Source of the DNA: Longimicrobiales bacterium
Lineage (GTDB): Bacteria; Gemmatimonadota; Gemmatimonadetes; Longimicrobiales; Gaopeijiaceae
Length of the DNA: 64,000 nt
Direction: 5' to 3'
NCBI GenBank assembly: GCA_965116905.1
Contig: OZ220732.1
Coordinates: forward strand, 1,952,001-2,016,000
Under the pieces are notes generated by a model that made no database searches, was not told the origin of the DNA, and was given only the letters and a program-made list of their open reading frames with translations. Positions 37,165-47,830 of this stretch are shown here, one piece after another. The translations under genes were made by a program, and so were the position numbers. The stretch's first letter is position 1. Every line of letters begins with the position of its first letter.

Positions 37165-37311
37165 ATTTGGCTCCCTTTGGTTGGCTCGCGGCTATCCTTG
37201 AGCGTAACGGCCGGCCTTGTCCACGGGCTGCTTGCCGCTGCGGTCGGCCCGGGATGGCGCGACGCCCAGGGTTGAAGTCCCCGCAATAACCCCCAGCATC
37301 GCTCGTCCACT

Positions 37312-37692
37312 TCAGCCCTTGAAGTTGAGCGCCGCGGCCACCCGGGCCTGGTTGTCGTTGAGTGTGATGAACGAGATCGCCCCGGGGTCGGGCGCTGCGT
37401 ACAGTGCGGTCGCAACATGCCAGAGATCGGCGCCGCGCAGATACCCGGCGCCCAGCGCGGTCGTGATCTCGTCGGACAGGGGACGGTTGGTCAGGATCCA
37501 GCCGACCCGGTCGAGCAGATCCGTGGGCACCTGGCACCCCTCGCGGGAGCACGCCGCACGCAACTCGGCCTCGAGCAGGTTCGACGAGATCACGCGCGAG
37601 AAGCCGTTGATCCGGTCCGCGAGGGCATCCGCGCCGTCCTCCCCGAACGCGATGGCGACCATGACCGAGGTGTCCACGTAGGCCACGCTCAT
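37312..37692 (-). CDS. VapC/PIN-domain toxin
   Basis: YVDTSV, LLEAEL, LRGADLWHVA and TLND. Confidence 0.88.
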   Translation of the reverse strand: MSVAYVDTSVMVAIAFGEDGADALADRINGFSRVISSNLLEAELRAACSREGCQVPTDLLDRVGWILTNRPLSDEITTALGAGYLRGADLWHVATALYAAPDPGAISFITLNDNQARVAAALNFKG

Positions 37693-37964
37693 TCGCCGCG
37701 CTCCGCGAAGAAGCGCTCGAGTGCGCCCGGCCTCGCGGCGCCCACACGGATCGGCAGGCTCGGATGCTTCGCTGGCACAAGAATCCCCCGTTTCTCAAGC
37801 TCGGCGAAGTGTTCCTCGACGCTCATGGCCCCGCGTTCGAACGGACGGATTTCCGCTACCGGATCGCCTCGGTAAGTGACGGTTACCGTTCCCCCCTCCC
37901 GCACCAGCCGCATCACTTCGGAGAACCTCGCTTTTGCTTCGTAGGTTGAAAACACAGCGTTCAT
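37689..37964 (-). CDS. Phd/YefM antitoxin
   Basis: STYEAKARFSEVMRLV and TYRGDPVAEIRP. Confidence 0.9.
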   Translation of the reverse strand: MNAVFSTYEAKARFSEVMRLVREGGTVTVTYRGDPVAEIRPFERGAMSVEEHFAELEKRGILVPAKHPSLPIRVGAARPGALERFFAERGE

Positions 37965-37978
37965 GTTCGATCCAATCT

Positions 37979-37995
37979 AACCAGTCAGACTAGTT
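37979..37995. promoter_or_regulatory. Imperfect palindrome upstream of the phd gene (autoregulatory operator candidate)
   Basis: AACCAGTCAGACTAGTT, 14 bp upstream of the ATG. Confidence 0.4.
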
Positions 37996-38065
37996 TGTCA
38001 ATTTGCTCCGGCGCATCCCGGACACGGACCTCGGAACCCGTGGCCCGCGGGTTCGGAACATATTA

Positions 38066-38932
38066 CTAGCGGATTCCCTCGAGCTGTATTCCGCGCACGA
38101 AATACCGCTGCGTGAACAGGAAGAGCAGCGCGATCGGCAGCACCGCGACCACGCCCGCCGCCATCTGATAGGGCCAGTTGATCTCGTAGGTCGAGTGGAA
38201 GGCGGCGATCCCCACTTCGACGACGCGCATCTCCATCGACCGTGTTGCCAGCAGCGGCCACAGCAGGTTCTTCCAGGCATCGATAAAGGCAAAGAGCGCC
38301 AGCGTGGCCACGGCGGGTTTCGCCAGCGGCAGCGCAACGCTGATGAACACCCTGAACGGACCGGCGCCGTCCACTCTTGCAGCGTCTTCCAGCTCCCGGG
38401 GCAGCGTCCGGAAGTACTGGCGCATCAGGAAGATACCCCACACGGAGACGAGTTCGGTGGAGATCAGGCCGTGGTAGGTGTCGATCCAGCCGAGGGCGTC
38501 GATCAGAAGGAAGCGGGGGATGAGGACGATGACTACGGGCACCATCATGGTGGCCAGGAAGAGCATGAACACCTTTTGCCGCCCGGGAAAGTCGATGCGG
38601 GCGAAGGCATACCCCGCGGTGGTTGCGGTTACGATCTGCCCGGCCACGACGGCCACGGAAAAGACCAGCGAGTTCAGGAAGTACCGCCCGAACGGCTGGG
38701 CGGACAGCGCCTCGGGGTAGTTCGACCAGAGGGGTGCGGCAGGCAGGAATCCCCGGCTCGAGAAGACTTCGAGCTGCCCCATCAGCGAGGTGGCGGCCAT
38801 CCACAGGAATGGCGCCGCCATGACGAGGCAGATGCCCACGAGGAGGGCGGCGCGCAGTGCCGCGACGGTGCGGAGTGCCGGGATGGCGCGGAGGGCCGCG
38901 ACAGTGCGCACGGCGCGTGTGCCGTTACGCAT
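38066..38932 (-). CDS. Carbohydrate ABC transporter permease (MalG-like)
   Basis: AGYAFAR, EDAARVDGA (EAA motif) and LFTQRYFVRG. Confidence 0.92.
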   Translation of the reverse strand: MRNGTRAVRTVAALRAIPALRTVAALRAALLVGICLVMAAPFLWMAATSLMGQLEVFSSRGFLPAAPLWSNYPEALSAQPFGRYFLNSLVFSVAVVAGQIVTATTAGYAFARIDFPGRQKVFMLFLATMMVPVVIVLIPRFLLIDALGWIDTYHGLISTELVSVWGIFLMRQYFRTLPRELEDAARVDGAGPFRVFISVALPLAKPAVATLALFAFIDAWKNLLWPLLATRSMEMRVVEVGIAAFHSTYEINWPYQMAAGVVAVLPIALLFLFTQRYFVRGIQLEGIR

Positions 38933-40802
38933 GGACCGCCCTCCTCTCGAGCAGCCGGAAGTGCAGCCAGGTCGCGACGAACACCACCGCGAAGAGGATC
39001 CAGCTCATCGCGGCGGCGTTGCCGAAGCGGAGGAACTCCCAGGCCTCGCGGTAGATGTGGTAGACGGCCACGTCGGTAGCACCCAGCGGGCCGCCCTCGG
39101 TCATCACGTAGACGAGCCCGAAGACCTGGAATGAACCGATCACCGAGGTGACCAGCACGAAGAACAGCGTGTGGCGCAGGCCGGGCAGCGTGATGTGGCG
39201 GAAGCGCTGCACCGGCCCGGCGCCGTCCACGCGCGCCGCGTCGTACCAGTCGCGCGGGATGGCGGCCAGCCCCGCCTGGAAGACGACCATCTGGTAGCCG
39301 ACCACCATCCAGACGCTGATCGCCATCAGGGTGACGAGCGCGGTCTCGGGCGAGGAAAGCCACGCCACCGGGCCCAGTCCCGCGGACCCCAGCAGCCGAT
39401 TGACGGGGCCGTAGCCATCGTTCAGCAGCCACTTCCACACCACGGCGATCGCCACCACGCTGGTGATGCCGGGCAGGAACAGGGCCAGACGGGCCAGGCG
39501 GACCGCGCGCCGGGACCCCCGGGTGAGGAGGGCGAGCGCCAGGGCGACGGCCATCGCCAGGGGCACGTGCAGCGTGAAGACCGCGGTGTTGCGAAGCGCC
39601 CCCCACCAATCGGCATCCAGCAGAATGTCACGGTACTTGTCGAGGCCGACGAACGAGTGGACGGGGTCGACGAGGTGCCACTCGTGCAGCGAGATCCACA
39701 GGGAGAAGAGCAGGGGGCCGAAGGTGAAGACGGCGAGGAGGAGGGCGGCCGGGGCGAGAAACGCCCACGCCGTGACGGTGCGGCGCAGCAGGGGCGGACG
39801 CGCCGAGAGCGAAAGCAGGAAGAGGATGAGCGCCGTGAGCAGGGACGCGGCGGTGGCCGCGGCCGCAAGCGGGACGGTCGGTGCGCGCGTTTCCTCGTAG
39901 CCGAGCAGGGCGATGTGCAGGGCGGGAGCGGGGGCGGCGGGGGCCTGTGTGGGGAGGGGGACGAGGCCGGCGTGCCAGGTCGTGCCGTCCACCTCGACCG
40001 TGAACGGGGTGGCGGTGGGGGGGCTGGAAACGGCGGCGACCGCTTCGCCGACTTCCCGCGGCATCGTCCAGAGCTGATCGGGGCGCGTCAGCGCGGCGGA
40101 GGTGGCCCAGGGGAGGCGCGCGACGCGGACGGCCCGCTCGGGATCCGCGCCGATGGCCATGGCCGTCTCGACGGCGCGGAGCGCGTGGCCGGCGTGGCCG
40201 TGGCTGAGGGCATCCAGCTCGCGGTCGGCCCAGCGGTGCGTGGTCACGGCGATCGTGCCGAGCAGTGCGGTTGCCGTGAGTGCGACGAGCGCCGGGTAGC
40301 GTGGAGGTGGCGGGGCTCGTCGCCGCGCGGCGGCCCAGGCCGACATGAGCAGCGATCCCAGCAGCGCGAGGGTGGTGGCGGTGGGGGGGAGGGGACTTGT
40401 CCCCGGTTGCGGTGGGACGGCAATCCGGACGGCGGGCTGGAGCGAGCCGGCTCGGTAGGCGTAGACGCCGGACTCGGGAGGAGTCCCGCCCTGCCCGGCT
40501 CGGCTTGGCCGCTGTCCGGCCTCCTCCGCCTGCCCGGCCTCCTCCGCCTGCCCGGCTTCCTGCGCCTGCCCGGCCTCCCCCGCCTGCACGGCCTCGATCA
40601 CCACTCCGTCATCCAGGAAGGCCTGTGCAGCCGCGTCCGCCCCGCCGCCCAGCTCCCACAAATCGGCGGCCATGCGCGCAACGCTTCTGCCGGCTGCCGC
40701 CTGTGCGTCGCTCAGTCCTCCGACCGCCACGGCGATCATCAATACCGTGCCGGCCGTGAACGCCCCGGCGGCGAGTGCGGGAAGCGCGGTCCTTCCCTTC
40801 AT
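38925..40802 (-). CDS. Carbohydrate ABC transporter permease (MalF-like) with long N-terminal extension
   Basis: C-terminal FLAPA, YDAARVDGAG and SFQVF; roughly 340 extra N-terminal residues with additional TM segments. Confidence 0.88.
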   Translation of the reverse strand: MKGRTALPALAAGAFTAGTVLMIAVAVGGLSDAQAAAGRSVARMAADLWELGGGADAAAQAFLDDGVVIEAVQAGEAGQAQEAGQAEEAGQAEEAGQRPSRAGQGGTPPESGVYAYRAGSLQPAVRIAVPPQPGTSPLPPTATTLALLGSLLMSAWAAARRRAPPPPRYPALVALTATALLGTIAVTTHRWADRELDALSHGHAGHALRAVETAMAIGADPERAVRVARLPWATSAALTRPDQLWTMPREVGEAVAAVSSPPTATPFTVEVDGTTWHAGLVPLPTQAPAAPAPALHIALLGYEETRAPTVPLAAAATAASLLTALILFLLSLSARPPLLRRTVTAWAFLAPAALLLAVFTFGPLLFSLWISLHEWHLVDPVHSFVGLDKYRDILLDADWWGALRNTAVFTLHVPLAMAVALALALLTRGSRRAVRLARLALFLPGITSVVAIAVVWKWLLNDGYGPVNRLLGSAGLGPVAWLSSPETALVTLMAISVWMVVGYQMVVFQAGLAAIPRDWYDAARVDGAGPVQRFRHITLPGLRHTLFFVLVTSVIGSFQVFGLVYVMTEGGPLGATDVAVYHIYREAWEFLRFGNAAAMSWILFAVVFVATWLHFRLLERRAVHA

Positions 40803-42145
40803 CGCCTCAGGACTTCGTCGACCCTGCGGGCAACGTCCGCCGCGCTCGAGGCGAGATCCTCGCCGGTCAGGAGCCGCCGGTCCATGATCTCCACCGCCAG
40901 CGCTTCAACGCGGGAGAAGTCCCGGACGTGGGCGCCCCAGGTCACCCGGGCCCCCTCCACGAGCGAGACGAACGCCGCCTCCACCCCCGTGGTGTCACGT
41001 GCGGCGACTTCGGCCGCCACATCGGCGCGGGAGGGTATGGCCAGCCCGGAGCGCGCCCGGATCCGCTGCGCTTCCGGCGATGCCAGGAATCCGGCCAGGT
41101 CGATCGCCTGACGCAGGTTGGCCGCGTTCGGGGGCACCGCCCATCCAGAGGCGTAGAGCACGCTTGTCGCGCCGCTTTGAGATGGATGATGCGGAATCCG
41201 GATGATCGCCAGGTCTAGGTTCCCCGCATCCACGAGGTCGCGAAAAACGGGGAGCGTCCAGTGACCGGACAAGAGGAACGCCTGCCCACCCGAGGCGAAA
41301 CGGGCCTCCCGCGCCGGGTCTCCCTGTTGCACGAACTGAGCGCCGGGGGTCAGTCCGTCCTCGGCGAGCCCGGTCAGGAAGGCGTATGCGTCCAGCGCCG
41401 CGGGTCCGTCCATGAAACCGGAGGCGGCGTCGCCCTCGGGAGACAGGATATCGCCGCCGGCAGACCAGACGAACGGCACCCATTGGTAGAGGTTCCGCGG
41501 AAAGTCGAAGCCGTAGACATCCGGCCTGCCGTCGCCGTCGGAGTCGGTGGTTGCGGCACGGACCGCACGCCGGAAATCGTCCCACGTCCATTGCGCGCTT
41601 GCGGGCATGTCAATGTCTGCGCGAGACAGCACGCCACGGTTGGCGTACAGCACCATCGGCGTGAAGTCCTTGGGCAGCGCGAAGAGCGAGCTGCCACGCC
41701 GGAACGCGTCCAGGACCTGCGGGAAGACGCTGTCCGCGCGAAATCCGAGCGCTTCCTGGTAGGGTGCGAAATCGACCGCCAACCCACGGTCCACGAAGGT
41801 GGGAATGTCGGGCGAATCGAGCAGGTAGACATCGGGAGGGCGACCCGCCGCGATCGAGGTCAGGAGCCGCTCCTCGTAACCGTTCGGCGCCGATTCGAGC
41901 ACGATTCGCGTCCCCGGGCGGAGAACCTCGTACCGGTCGGCGACCCGCCGCTCGATCTCGAGTTCGTTGCCGCCGGCCCAGAGCGCGACCCGCAGCGTGA
42001 TGGCGGCGGGGGAGTCGGGGGAGCAACCTCCGGCGGCGAGGAGGAGGGCCGCCGCCAGCAGGACCGCTGCCGCGAGTGGTGCGACCGCCGCGAGGGCACT
42101 CCCAAGCGAACGTTGCCTACTCCTGAATAGTCTATTATAGCACAT
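40799..42145 (-). CDS. Sugar ABC transporter substrate-binding lipoprotein
   Basis: Lipobox AGGC, AGRPPDV, ALPKDFTPMVLYAN and WTWDDF. Confidence 0.9.
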   Translation of the reverse strand: MCYNRLFRSRQRSLGSALAAVAPLAAAVLLAAALLLAAGGCSPDSPAAITLRVALWAGGNELEIERRVADRYEVLRPGTRIVLESAPNGYEERLLTSIAAGRPPDVYLLDSPDIPTFVDRGLAVDFAPYQEALGFRADSVFPQVLDAFRRGSSLFALPKDFTPMVLYANRGVLSRADIDMPASAQWTWDDFRRAVRAATTDSDGDGRPDVYGFDFPRNLYQWVPFVWSAGGDILSPEGDAASGFMDGPAALDAYAFLTGLAEDGLTPGAQFVQQGDPAREARFASGGQAFLLSGHWTLPVFRDLVDAGNLDLAIIRIPHHPSQSGATSVLYASGWAVPPNAANLRQAIDLAGFLASPEAQRIRARSGLAIPSRADVAAEVAARDTTGVEAAFVSLVEGARVTWGAHVRDFSRVEALAVEIMDRRLLTGEDLASSAADVARRVDEVLRR

Positions 42146-42147
42146 TA

Positions 42148-43272
42148 TCAGTCGTCAGACAATAGCTGGATGGGGCGAGGTGCGGGCCCCACCCGATCGC
42201 CATCCGGGCCGAACAGGTGGGTTCTCTCCCAGGCGACCAGGACCTGGACGGGGTCGCCGGGGTCGACGCGCAACGACGGCGGCGTCCTCGCGATCCAGGT
42301 TGCGCTGCCCGGGCCATCGATGTGCACCCGCTGCTCGCTTCCCAGTGCCTCGATGCGCAGGACGGTGGCGGTGAAGTCGGCCCTGACCGGGGGGGTGATG
42401 TCGGGGCGGGATCTCGGCGGAGTGACCGTGAGGTCCTCCGGTCGCACGGCCAGCGTCGCCGCGGCGAGGGGCGGGTCGGCCGCGAAGCGGAACGGTCCGC
42501 CCGCGAGTGCGCCGTCGTTCGCGCGGGAGAGCCCGAGCCGGTTGATCGGGGGAGACCCCACGAAGGCCGCGACGAAGAGGCTGGCGGGTTGGCGGTAGAC
42601 CGCCTCGGGGGTGCCCACCTGCAGAATCCTGCCCCCGTCCATCACCGCGACCCGCTGCCCCAGGGAGAGCGCCTCGGTCTGATCGTGGGTGACAAAGATC
42701 ATCGTCGTGCCGAGGCGCTGATGCAGGGACGCGATCTCATCGCGGGTCCGGAGCCGCAGTCCCGCGTCGAGGTTGGAAAGTGGCTCGTCGAACAGGAAGA
42801 CCCCTGGATCACGGACCATCGCTCGGCCCAGCGCCACGCGCTGCTGCTGTCCGCCGGACAGCTGGCCGGGACGGCGCGCCAGCAGATCCCCGAGTCCCAG
42901 GATCCGGGCCGTCCGGTCCACCCGCTCCTCGATCTCGGCGCGGTCCGTGCCCCGCACGCGGAGGCCGAAACCCAGGTTGCCCGCCACGGTCATGTGCGGG
43001 TACAGGGCGTAGCTCTGGAAGACCATCGCGACATCGCGGTCGCCCGGCGGAACGTCGTTTACGCAACGCTCCCCGATCAGAATCTCGCCACCGCCGGGCT
43101 CCTCCAGTCCGGCGATCAGCCGCAGGAGTGTGCTCTTTCCGCATCCGGACGGTCCGACCAGCGCCATCAGCTCCCCGGGACGGACCTCCAGATCGGCGGC
43201 CGCGACCGCGGTCACGTCTCCAAACCGCTTTTCCACACCCCTGAGGGTGACACCGCAGGGCGCCGGGGTCAT
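42148..43272 (-). CDS. Sugar ABC transporter ATP-binding protein (MalK-like)
   Basis: [36 protein letters not shown] and VTHDQ. Confidence 0.95.
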   Translation of the reverse strand: MTPAPCGVTLRGVEKRFGDVTAVAAADLEVRPGELMALVGPSGCGKSTLLRLIAGLEEPGGGEILIGERCVNDVPPGDRDVAMVFQSYALYPHMTVAGNLGFGLRVRGTDRAEIEERVDRTARILGLGDLLARRPGQLSGGQQQRVALGRAMVRDPGVFLFDEPLSNLDAGLRLRTRDEIASLHQRLGTTMIFVTHDQTEALSLGQRVAVMDGGRILQVGTPEAVYRQPASLFVAAFVGSPPINRLGLSRANDGALAGGPFRFAADPPLAAATLAVRPEDLTVTPPRSRPDITPPVRADFTATVLRIEALGSEQRVHIDGPGSATWIARTPPSLRVDPGDPVQVLVAWERTHLFGPDGDRVGPAPRPIQLLSDD

Positions 43273-45527
43273 GACCAAGGAACCCGGAGAGGACGGTCGC
43301 GCGGGCCCTCGTGGCGCCGCCCATCCACCGTCAGCGCGGCTCGATCCCCAGCCAACTCCACCGAGACCGTGTGTCCACGGGTTCGCACCGGGCCCATCGC
43401 GACATTCGGCAGGCCATGCGGCAGGGGCCACACCTTCGCCCGTTCCCGATTGATGTCCAGTCCCGCGACTCCGCGCGCCAGAAGGTCCAGGACCCAGGAG
43501 TGCTGATAGTCGTCGATCCCGCGGAAGTGGCAGGCGCGGCCGGTGTGCGGATTGTAGTGCTCGTAGCAGTTGGGACGCGCGGCATCGCCGCCCGTGAACA
43601 TCATGCGCACGAAACGCGTGAGCATGTCCGCCGCAACCGTGCCCGCCCGGCCATTGCCCCGACCCCAGCACCTCAGGAGTCCCTCGATCACGTGGCTGGT
43701 GGTCATGGGCCAGACCCGGCCGTTCCAGGGACAGTTGCGCCGTTTTCCGTTCCAGATCCCTTCGGCCGAGAAGCGAGGGTCGTCGACGCTGGACGAGGGA
43801 AGGGGGTATCGCGTCCCGAACGTCTCCGGGTCTTCAAGGTGGTCCAGCATCGTGCCGAGACGATGTTCGTCCACCAGATCGGTGAGCATCGGATAGAAGC
43901 CCACGGCGGCCTTCACCTCCGTACGCTCGAAGCTGCGGCCGTCGACGTCGGTGAAAAGTCCGGCCTCGGGCGACCACATTCGCTCCCGGATCGCGTCCCC
44001 CGTGCGGGAAGCCCGCGCCCACCAGCCCGACTCGTCTCCGTCGCGTCCGAGTTCGCCGGCGATGTCGCCGAGGGCGCGAAAGAGCAGGTATGCGTACACG
44101 GTCACATCGATGCCCTTGAGGCGGAGGCGCGGCTGCCACCCGGCGGTGTCCGCCCGCGGATCGACGGCCATGTATCGCGACATGTACTCCTGGCCCGTTT
44201 CGAAGTGGTTGACGACCGTGAACATCCCCGAATCCTCGGGGTCGCGCGACCGGGTCAGCCACTCGGCGTAGCGGCACAGCCCCTCGTAGCAGTATTCGAG
44301 CCGGTCCGGATCGGGCTGCATGCGGTGCACGGCCAGGACCGCGTCGCCCCAGTTGGCGTGGTAGAAGTCGGTGCGTTCGAGATGGTTCGCGTAGAGCCGG
44401 CCGTGCAGCGAGCCGTCCTCCTTCCGGTTGTCGAGGAAGTTGAGGATCGACCCCCACGCCTCCTGCCCGCCCGAGCGCCAGCGCATCTCCATCATGTGGC
44501 ACTGCGCGCTGTAGGTGATCGGCACGTGAAAGTACTCGGGCCCCTCGGCGACGGCGGGGCGCCGGATGTTGCCCCAGCGTCCCGCGATCCGGTTGAGTCC
44601 CAGCCCGTAGACGCGGTAGTCGAAATAGCGGTCGAAGTGGGGGTCGCCGCAGGTGAAGGCGGGGAAGTCGGCGAAGAAGGACCGCCACGGGCGCGAGGGT
44701 TGGGGCGTTCCCGTGGGCCGGGGTGTACCCGTGGACCGAGGCGTTCCCGTGGGCCGGGGTGTATCCGTGGGCCTGGGCGTGCCGTCGGTCTCGGGGATTT
44801 CCGGAGTCAGCTGCAGGCGGAAGCTGATCGGCCGGTCGCCCCGCACCGGGACGGCCACGGCGATCCAGGTCCATCCGATTGCATCGTCCGAACCTGAAGC
44901 GTTTGCCGCGGGGGTCTCGGCCGCCCGCGGACCTTCGGTAAAGGGGGACATCTCCCAGTCCGGCGACGCGCCTCCTTCCGACGCGACGATCCGCCGCCAC
45001 GCAGGACCCGGGTCGCTCGTCAGTTCCATGGCTACGGGGAGTTCCCCGCCCGCGCGATCCGTGACCGTTCGGACCCAGGACACGCCCACCGCCGCATCGT
45101 GCACGCCGGCCGTCGAGGGCAGGGGCTGCGCGGTGAAGCCGACGAGCCAGCCGTGTGCGCGCGGCGTCAGGGTCCACCTCGACTCGAGAAGGCCACCCGG
45201 CAGCACGCGCCGGTCCTCTGCAGCCGTGAGCAAGCCGGCGCGCGCCCGCCACCGCACGGTGAGGCGGCCGGGGCGCCAACCCGAACCGTCGTCGGCGGTC
45301 CGCTTCTCCGGTTCCAGTGGAACCTCGCGACCCTCGGCGTCCAGCAGCGCGACCGAGAAACACGGTCCGAGTTCGTATTGCAGCAGATGGACAGGATCCC
45401 AGAAGCCCGGCTTGTGCAGCCAGCGAGGGAAGGGCGGCGCCCACACGACGCCATCCAGCCCGCCCAGGAACCATTTGTCGGGACGGGCAAGGGCGGCGAT
45501 GCGGTCTCGGGCGGTTGGAAGCGTCAA
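43269..45527 (-). CDS. MGH1/GH63-like glycoside hydrolase
   Basis: ETGQEY, GIDVTVY, WNGRVWP and CYEHYNP motifs; first gene of the ABC operon (TTG start). Confidence 0.78.
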   Translation of the reverse strand: MTLPTARDRIAALARPDKWFLGGLDGVVWAPPFPRWLHKPGFWDPVHLLQYELGPCFSVALLDAEGREVPLEPEKRTADDGSGWRPGRLTVRWRARAGLLTAAEDRRVLPGGLLESRWTLTPRAHGWLVGFTAQPLPSTAGVHDAAVGVSWVRTVTDRAGGELPVAMELTSDPGPAWRRIVASEGGASPDWEMSPFTEGPRAAETPAANASGSDDAIGWTWIAVAVPVRGDRPISFRLQLTPEIPETDGTPRPTDTPRPTGTPRSTGTPRPTGTPQPSRPWRSFFADFPAFTCGDPHFDRYFDYRVYGLGLNRIAGRWGNIRRPAVAEGPEYFHVPITYSAQCHMMEMRWRSGGQEAWGSILNFLDNRKEDGSLHGRLYANHLERTDFYHANWGDAVLAVHRMQPDPDRLEYCYEGLCRYAEWLTRSRDPEDSGMFTVVNHFETGQEYMSRYMAVDPRADTAGWQPRLRLKGIDVTVYAYLLFRALGDIAGELGRDGDESGWWARASRTGDAIRERMWSPEAGLFTDVDGRSFERTEVKAAVGFYPMLTDLVDEHRLGTMLDHLEDPETFGTRYPLPSSSVDDPRFSAEGIWNGKRRNCPWNGRVWPMTTSHVIEGLLRCWGRGNGRAGTVAADMLTRFVRMMFTGGDAARPNCYEHYNPHTGRACHFRGIDDYQHSWVLDLLARGVAGLDINRERAKVWPLPHGLPNVAMGPVRTRGHTVSVELAGDRAALTVDGRRHEGPRDRPLRVPWS

Positions 45528-45625
45528 ATGGCTATTGCCGGTGTAGGATTGGTGTCGTGTCCCGGAGACGATACCGATGATCCGGCATCATATCACAACC
45601 CTGATTCCCCTGATAGATTGGGCGC

Positions 45626-47830
45626 ATGGCGACGACGGCGGCGGCTGAACGCACCACGACGATCCGCGGATTCCCGCGTCCGCTCGCGAGGGCCCTGGAA
45701 CAGTACGCCGACCGCCTCGACATCGACACGATTCGCGCGGCCTACGAACTCGCGGACGAGGCGCACGCCGGGCAGCGCCGGGCCTCGGGGGAGCCCTTCA
45801 TCAACCACGCGGTGGAGGTCGCGACGATCGTCGCGGAGCTGCAGCTCGACACCGCTTCCGTGATCTCGGCGCTCGTCCACGATGTGGTGGAAGACACGGT
45901 CGTCTCGATCCACGGAATCCGCGAGATCTTCGGCGAGGAGGTGGGGGCGATCGTCGACGGGGTCACCAAGATCGGGAAGGTGCGCTTCAGGTCGAGCACC
46001 GAGCGACAGGTCGAAAACTACCGCAAGCTGCTCCTCTCCATGGCGCAGGACGCGCGCGTGATCCTGGTGAAGCTGGCGGATCGGCTGCACAACATGCGTA
46101 CGCTCGAATACCTGCCGCCCGGCAAGCAGAAGCCGATCGCCCGGGAGACGCGCGAGATCTACGCCCCGCTGGCGCACCGGCTCGGCATGGCGGCAATCAA
46201 GTGGGAACTGGAGGACCTGGCCTTCAAGTTTCTCGATCCCGAGTCGTACGACGGCCTGCGCAAGCTGGTGCGGCAGCGGCGCCGCGCCCGTGAACGCCAC
46301 ATCCTCGAGATGCAGCGCCCGCTGGAAGATGCGCTTCTAGCGGCCGGAGTACCGGGTGAGGTGACCGGGCGTCCCAAGCACCTCTGGTCGATCCACCGCA
46401 AGATGGTCACCCAGGATAGGAGCTACGACGAGATCTACGACCTCATGGCGCTGCGCGTGATCACCGATTCGGTGGCCCACTGCTACGCCGCACTGGGCAT
46501 CATCCACGGCCGGTGGACACCGATCCAGGAGCGCTTCCACGACTACGTGGCGACCCCGAAGTCGAACATGTACCAGTCCATTCACACGACCGTGTACGGT
46601 CCCGGGGGACGCAGGTACGAGGTGCAGATCCGCACCGGCGAGATGCACCGCACCGCCGAGTTCGGGATCGCGGCGCACTGGCGGTACAAGGCCGAGGGAA
46701 AGGAGAGCGGGGTCGACGACGCGCTGACCTGGTTCCGCCAGGTGCTGGAATGGCAGAAGGACGCGAGCGAACCGGAGGAGTTCATGGAATTCCTCCGCAT
46801 GGATCTCTTCCAGGGGGAGATCTTCGTATTCACGCCAAAGGGCGAAGTCAAGCAGTTGCCGGTGGGGTCCTCACCCATCGATTTCGCCTTCTCGGTGCAC
46901 ACCGAGGTGGGGCTGCACTGCGCCGGAGCCAAGGTGAACGGGCGTATCGCCCCGCTGTCCCGCCAGCTCGCCAGCGGCGACTCGGTGGAGATCATCACGA
47001 ACGCGCGGCAATGGCCCAACCGCGACTGGCTGGGCTTCGTGAAGACCTCGCGGGCGCGCACCCGAATCCGGCAGTGGATCCGCCGCGAGGAGTTCTCCCG
47101 TGCCCGGCAGCTCGGTCAGGAACTCTTCCAGCGGGCCCTGCGCAAGGCCAAGCTCTCCAGGCCGAGCGACGACGAGACGCGCCGGGTGGCCCGCAAGCTG
47201 GGCTACAGGAGCTTCGACGAGGCGCTGGCTGCGCTGGCTCGCGGCGACATCGGGCCTTCCGCCGTCATCCGCGGCTTCTATCCCGACCAGGATCCGGCCA
47301 AGGTCGTGAAGCGGTCGCCCTCCGCGCTGGAACGGATCGCCGAGAAGATCCGCAAGTCGAACCGCGGCGTGACCATTCAGGGGATGGACAACCTGATGAT
47401 CCGGTACTCCCAGTGCTGTCAGCCCGTCCCCGGGGACAAGGTGATCGGGTACATCACGCGGGGCCGCGGCATCTCGATTCACCGGACCGACTGTCCGAAC
47501 GTTCTTAACCTGAACGAGGACCCGGAGCGGAGGGTGGAGATCGAGTGGCGGGCCGAGCGCGGCGACCGCTTCTTCGTGCATCTGCACATGGAGGGGACCG
47601 ATCGGCGGGGCCTGCTCGGGGACGTGGCCCGGACGATCAGCGAAACGGCGACCGATATCCAGCACGCGGACATGCGCGGCACGGACGGCGGCATGACGGC
47701 GGCGTTCGTCGTGGAGGTGCAGGACCTCAATCATCTGAAGCGTGTCATGCAGGCCGTGCAGCGCGTAAAGGGGGTGGTCTCCGTGGTGCGGCGCGAAAGC
47801 ATCCACGAGAGCGAACTCTTCGATGCCTGA
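45626..47830 (+). CDS. rel: Long RelA/SpoT homolog (bifunctional (p)ppGpp synthase/hydrolase)
   Basis: HDVVEDT hydrolase motif, [25 protein letters not shown], plus [11 protein letters not shown] and ACT regions. Confidence 0.97.
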   Translation: MATTAAAERTTTIRGFPRPLARALEQYADRLDIDTIRAAYELADEAHAGQRRASGEPFINHAVEVATIVAELQLDTASVISALVHDVVEDTVVSIHGIREIFGEEVGAIVDGVTKIGKVRFRSSTERQVENYRKLLLSMAQDARVILVKLADRLHNMRTLEYLPPGKQKPIARETREIYAPLAHRLGMAAIKWELEDLAFKFLDPESYDGLRKLVRQRRRARERHILEMQRPLEDALLAAGVPGEVTGRPKHLWSIHRKMVTQDRSYDEIYDLMALRVITDSVAHCYAALGIIHGRWTPIQERFHDYVATPKSNMYQSIHTTVYGPGGRRYEVQIRTGEMHRTAEFGIAAHWRYKAEGKESGVDDALTWFRQVLEWQKDASEPEEFMEFLRMDLFQGEIFVFTPKGEVKQLPVGSSPIDFAFSVHTEVGLHCAGAKVNGRIAPLSRQLASGDSVEIITNARQWPNRDWLGFVKTSRARTRIRQWIRREEFSRARQLGQELFQRALRKAKLSRPSDDETRRVARKLGYRSFDEALAALARGDIGPSAVIRGFYPDQDPAKVVKRSPSALERIAEKIRKSNRGVTIQGMDNLMIRYSQCCQPVPGDKVIGYITRGRGISIHRTDCPNVLNLNEDPERRVEIEWRAERGDRFFVHLHMEGTDRRGLLGDVARTISETATDIQHADMRGTDGGMTAAFVVEVQDLNHLKRVMQAVQRVKGVVSVVRRESIHESELFDA

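Noticed and set aside
37200..37280. Possible integron attC site (AAC...GTT) near the TA modules
   Set aside because: The ends are not complementary RYYYAAC/GTTRRRY boxes, there is no convincing internal symmetry, and no integrase is present.
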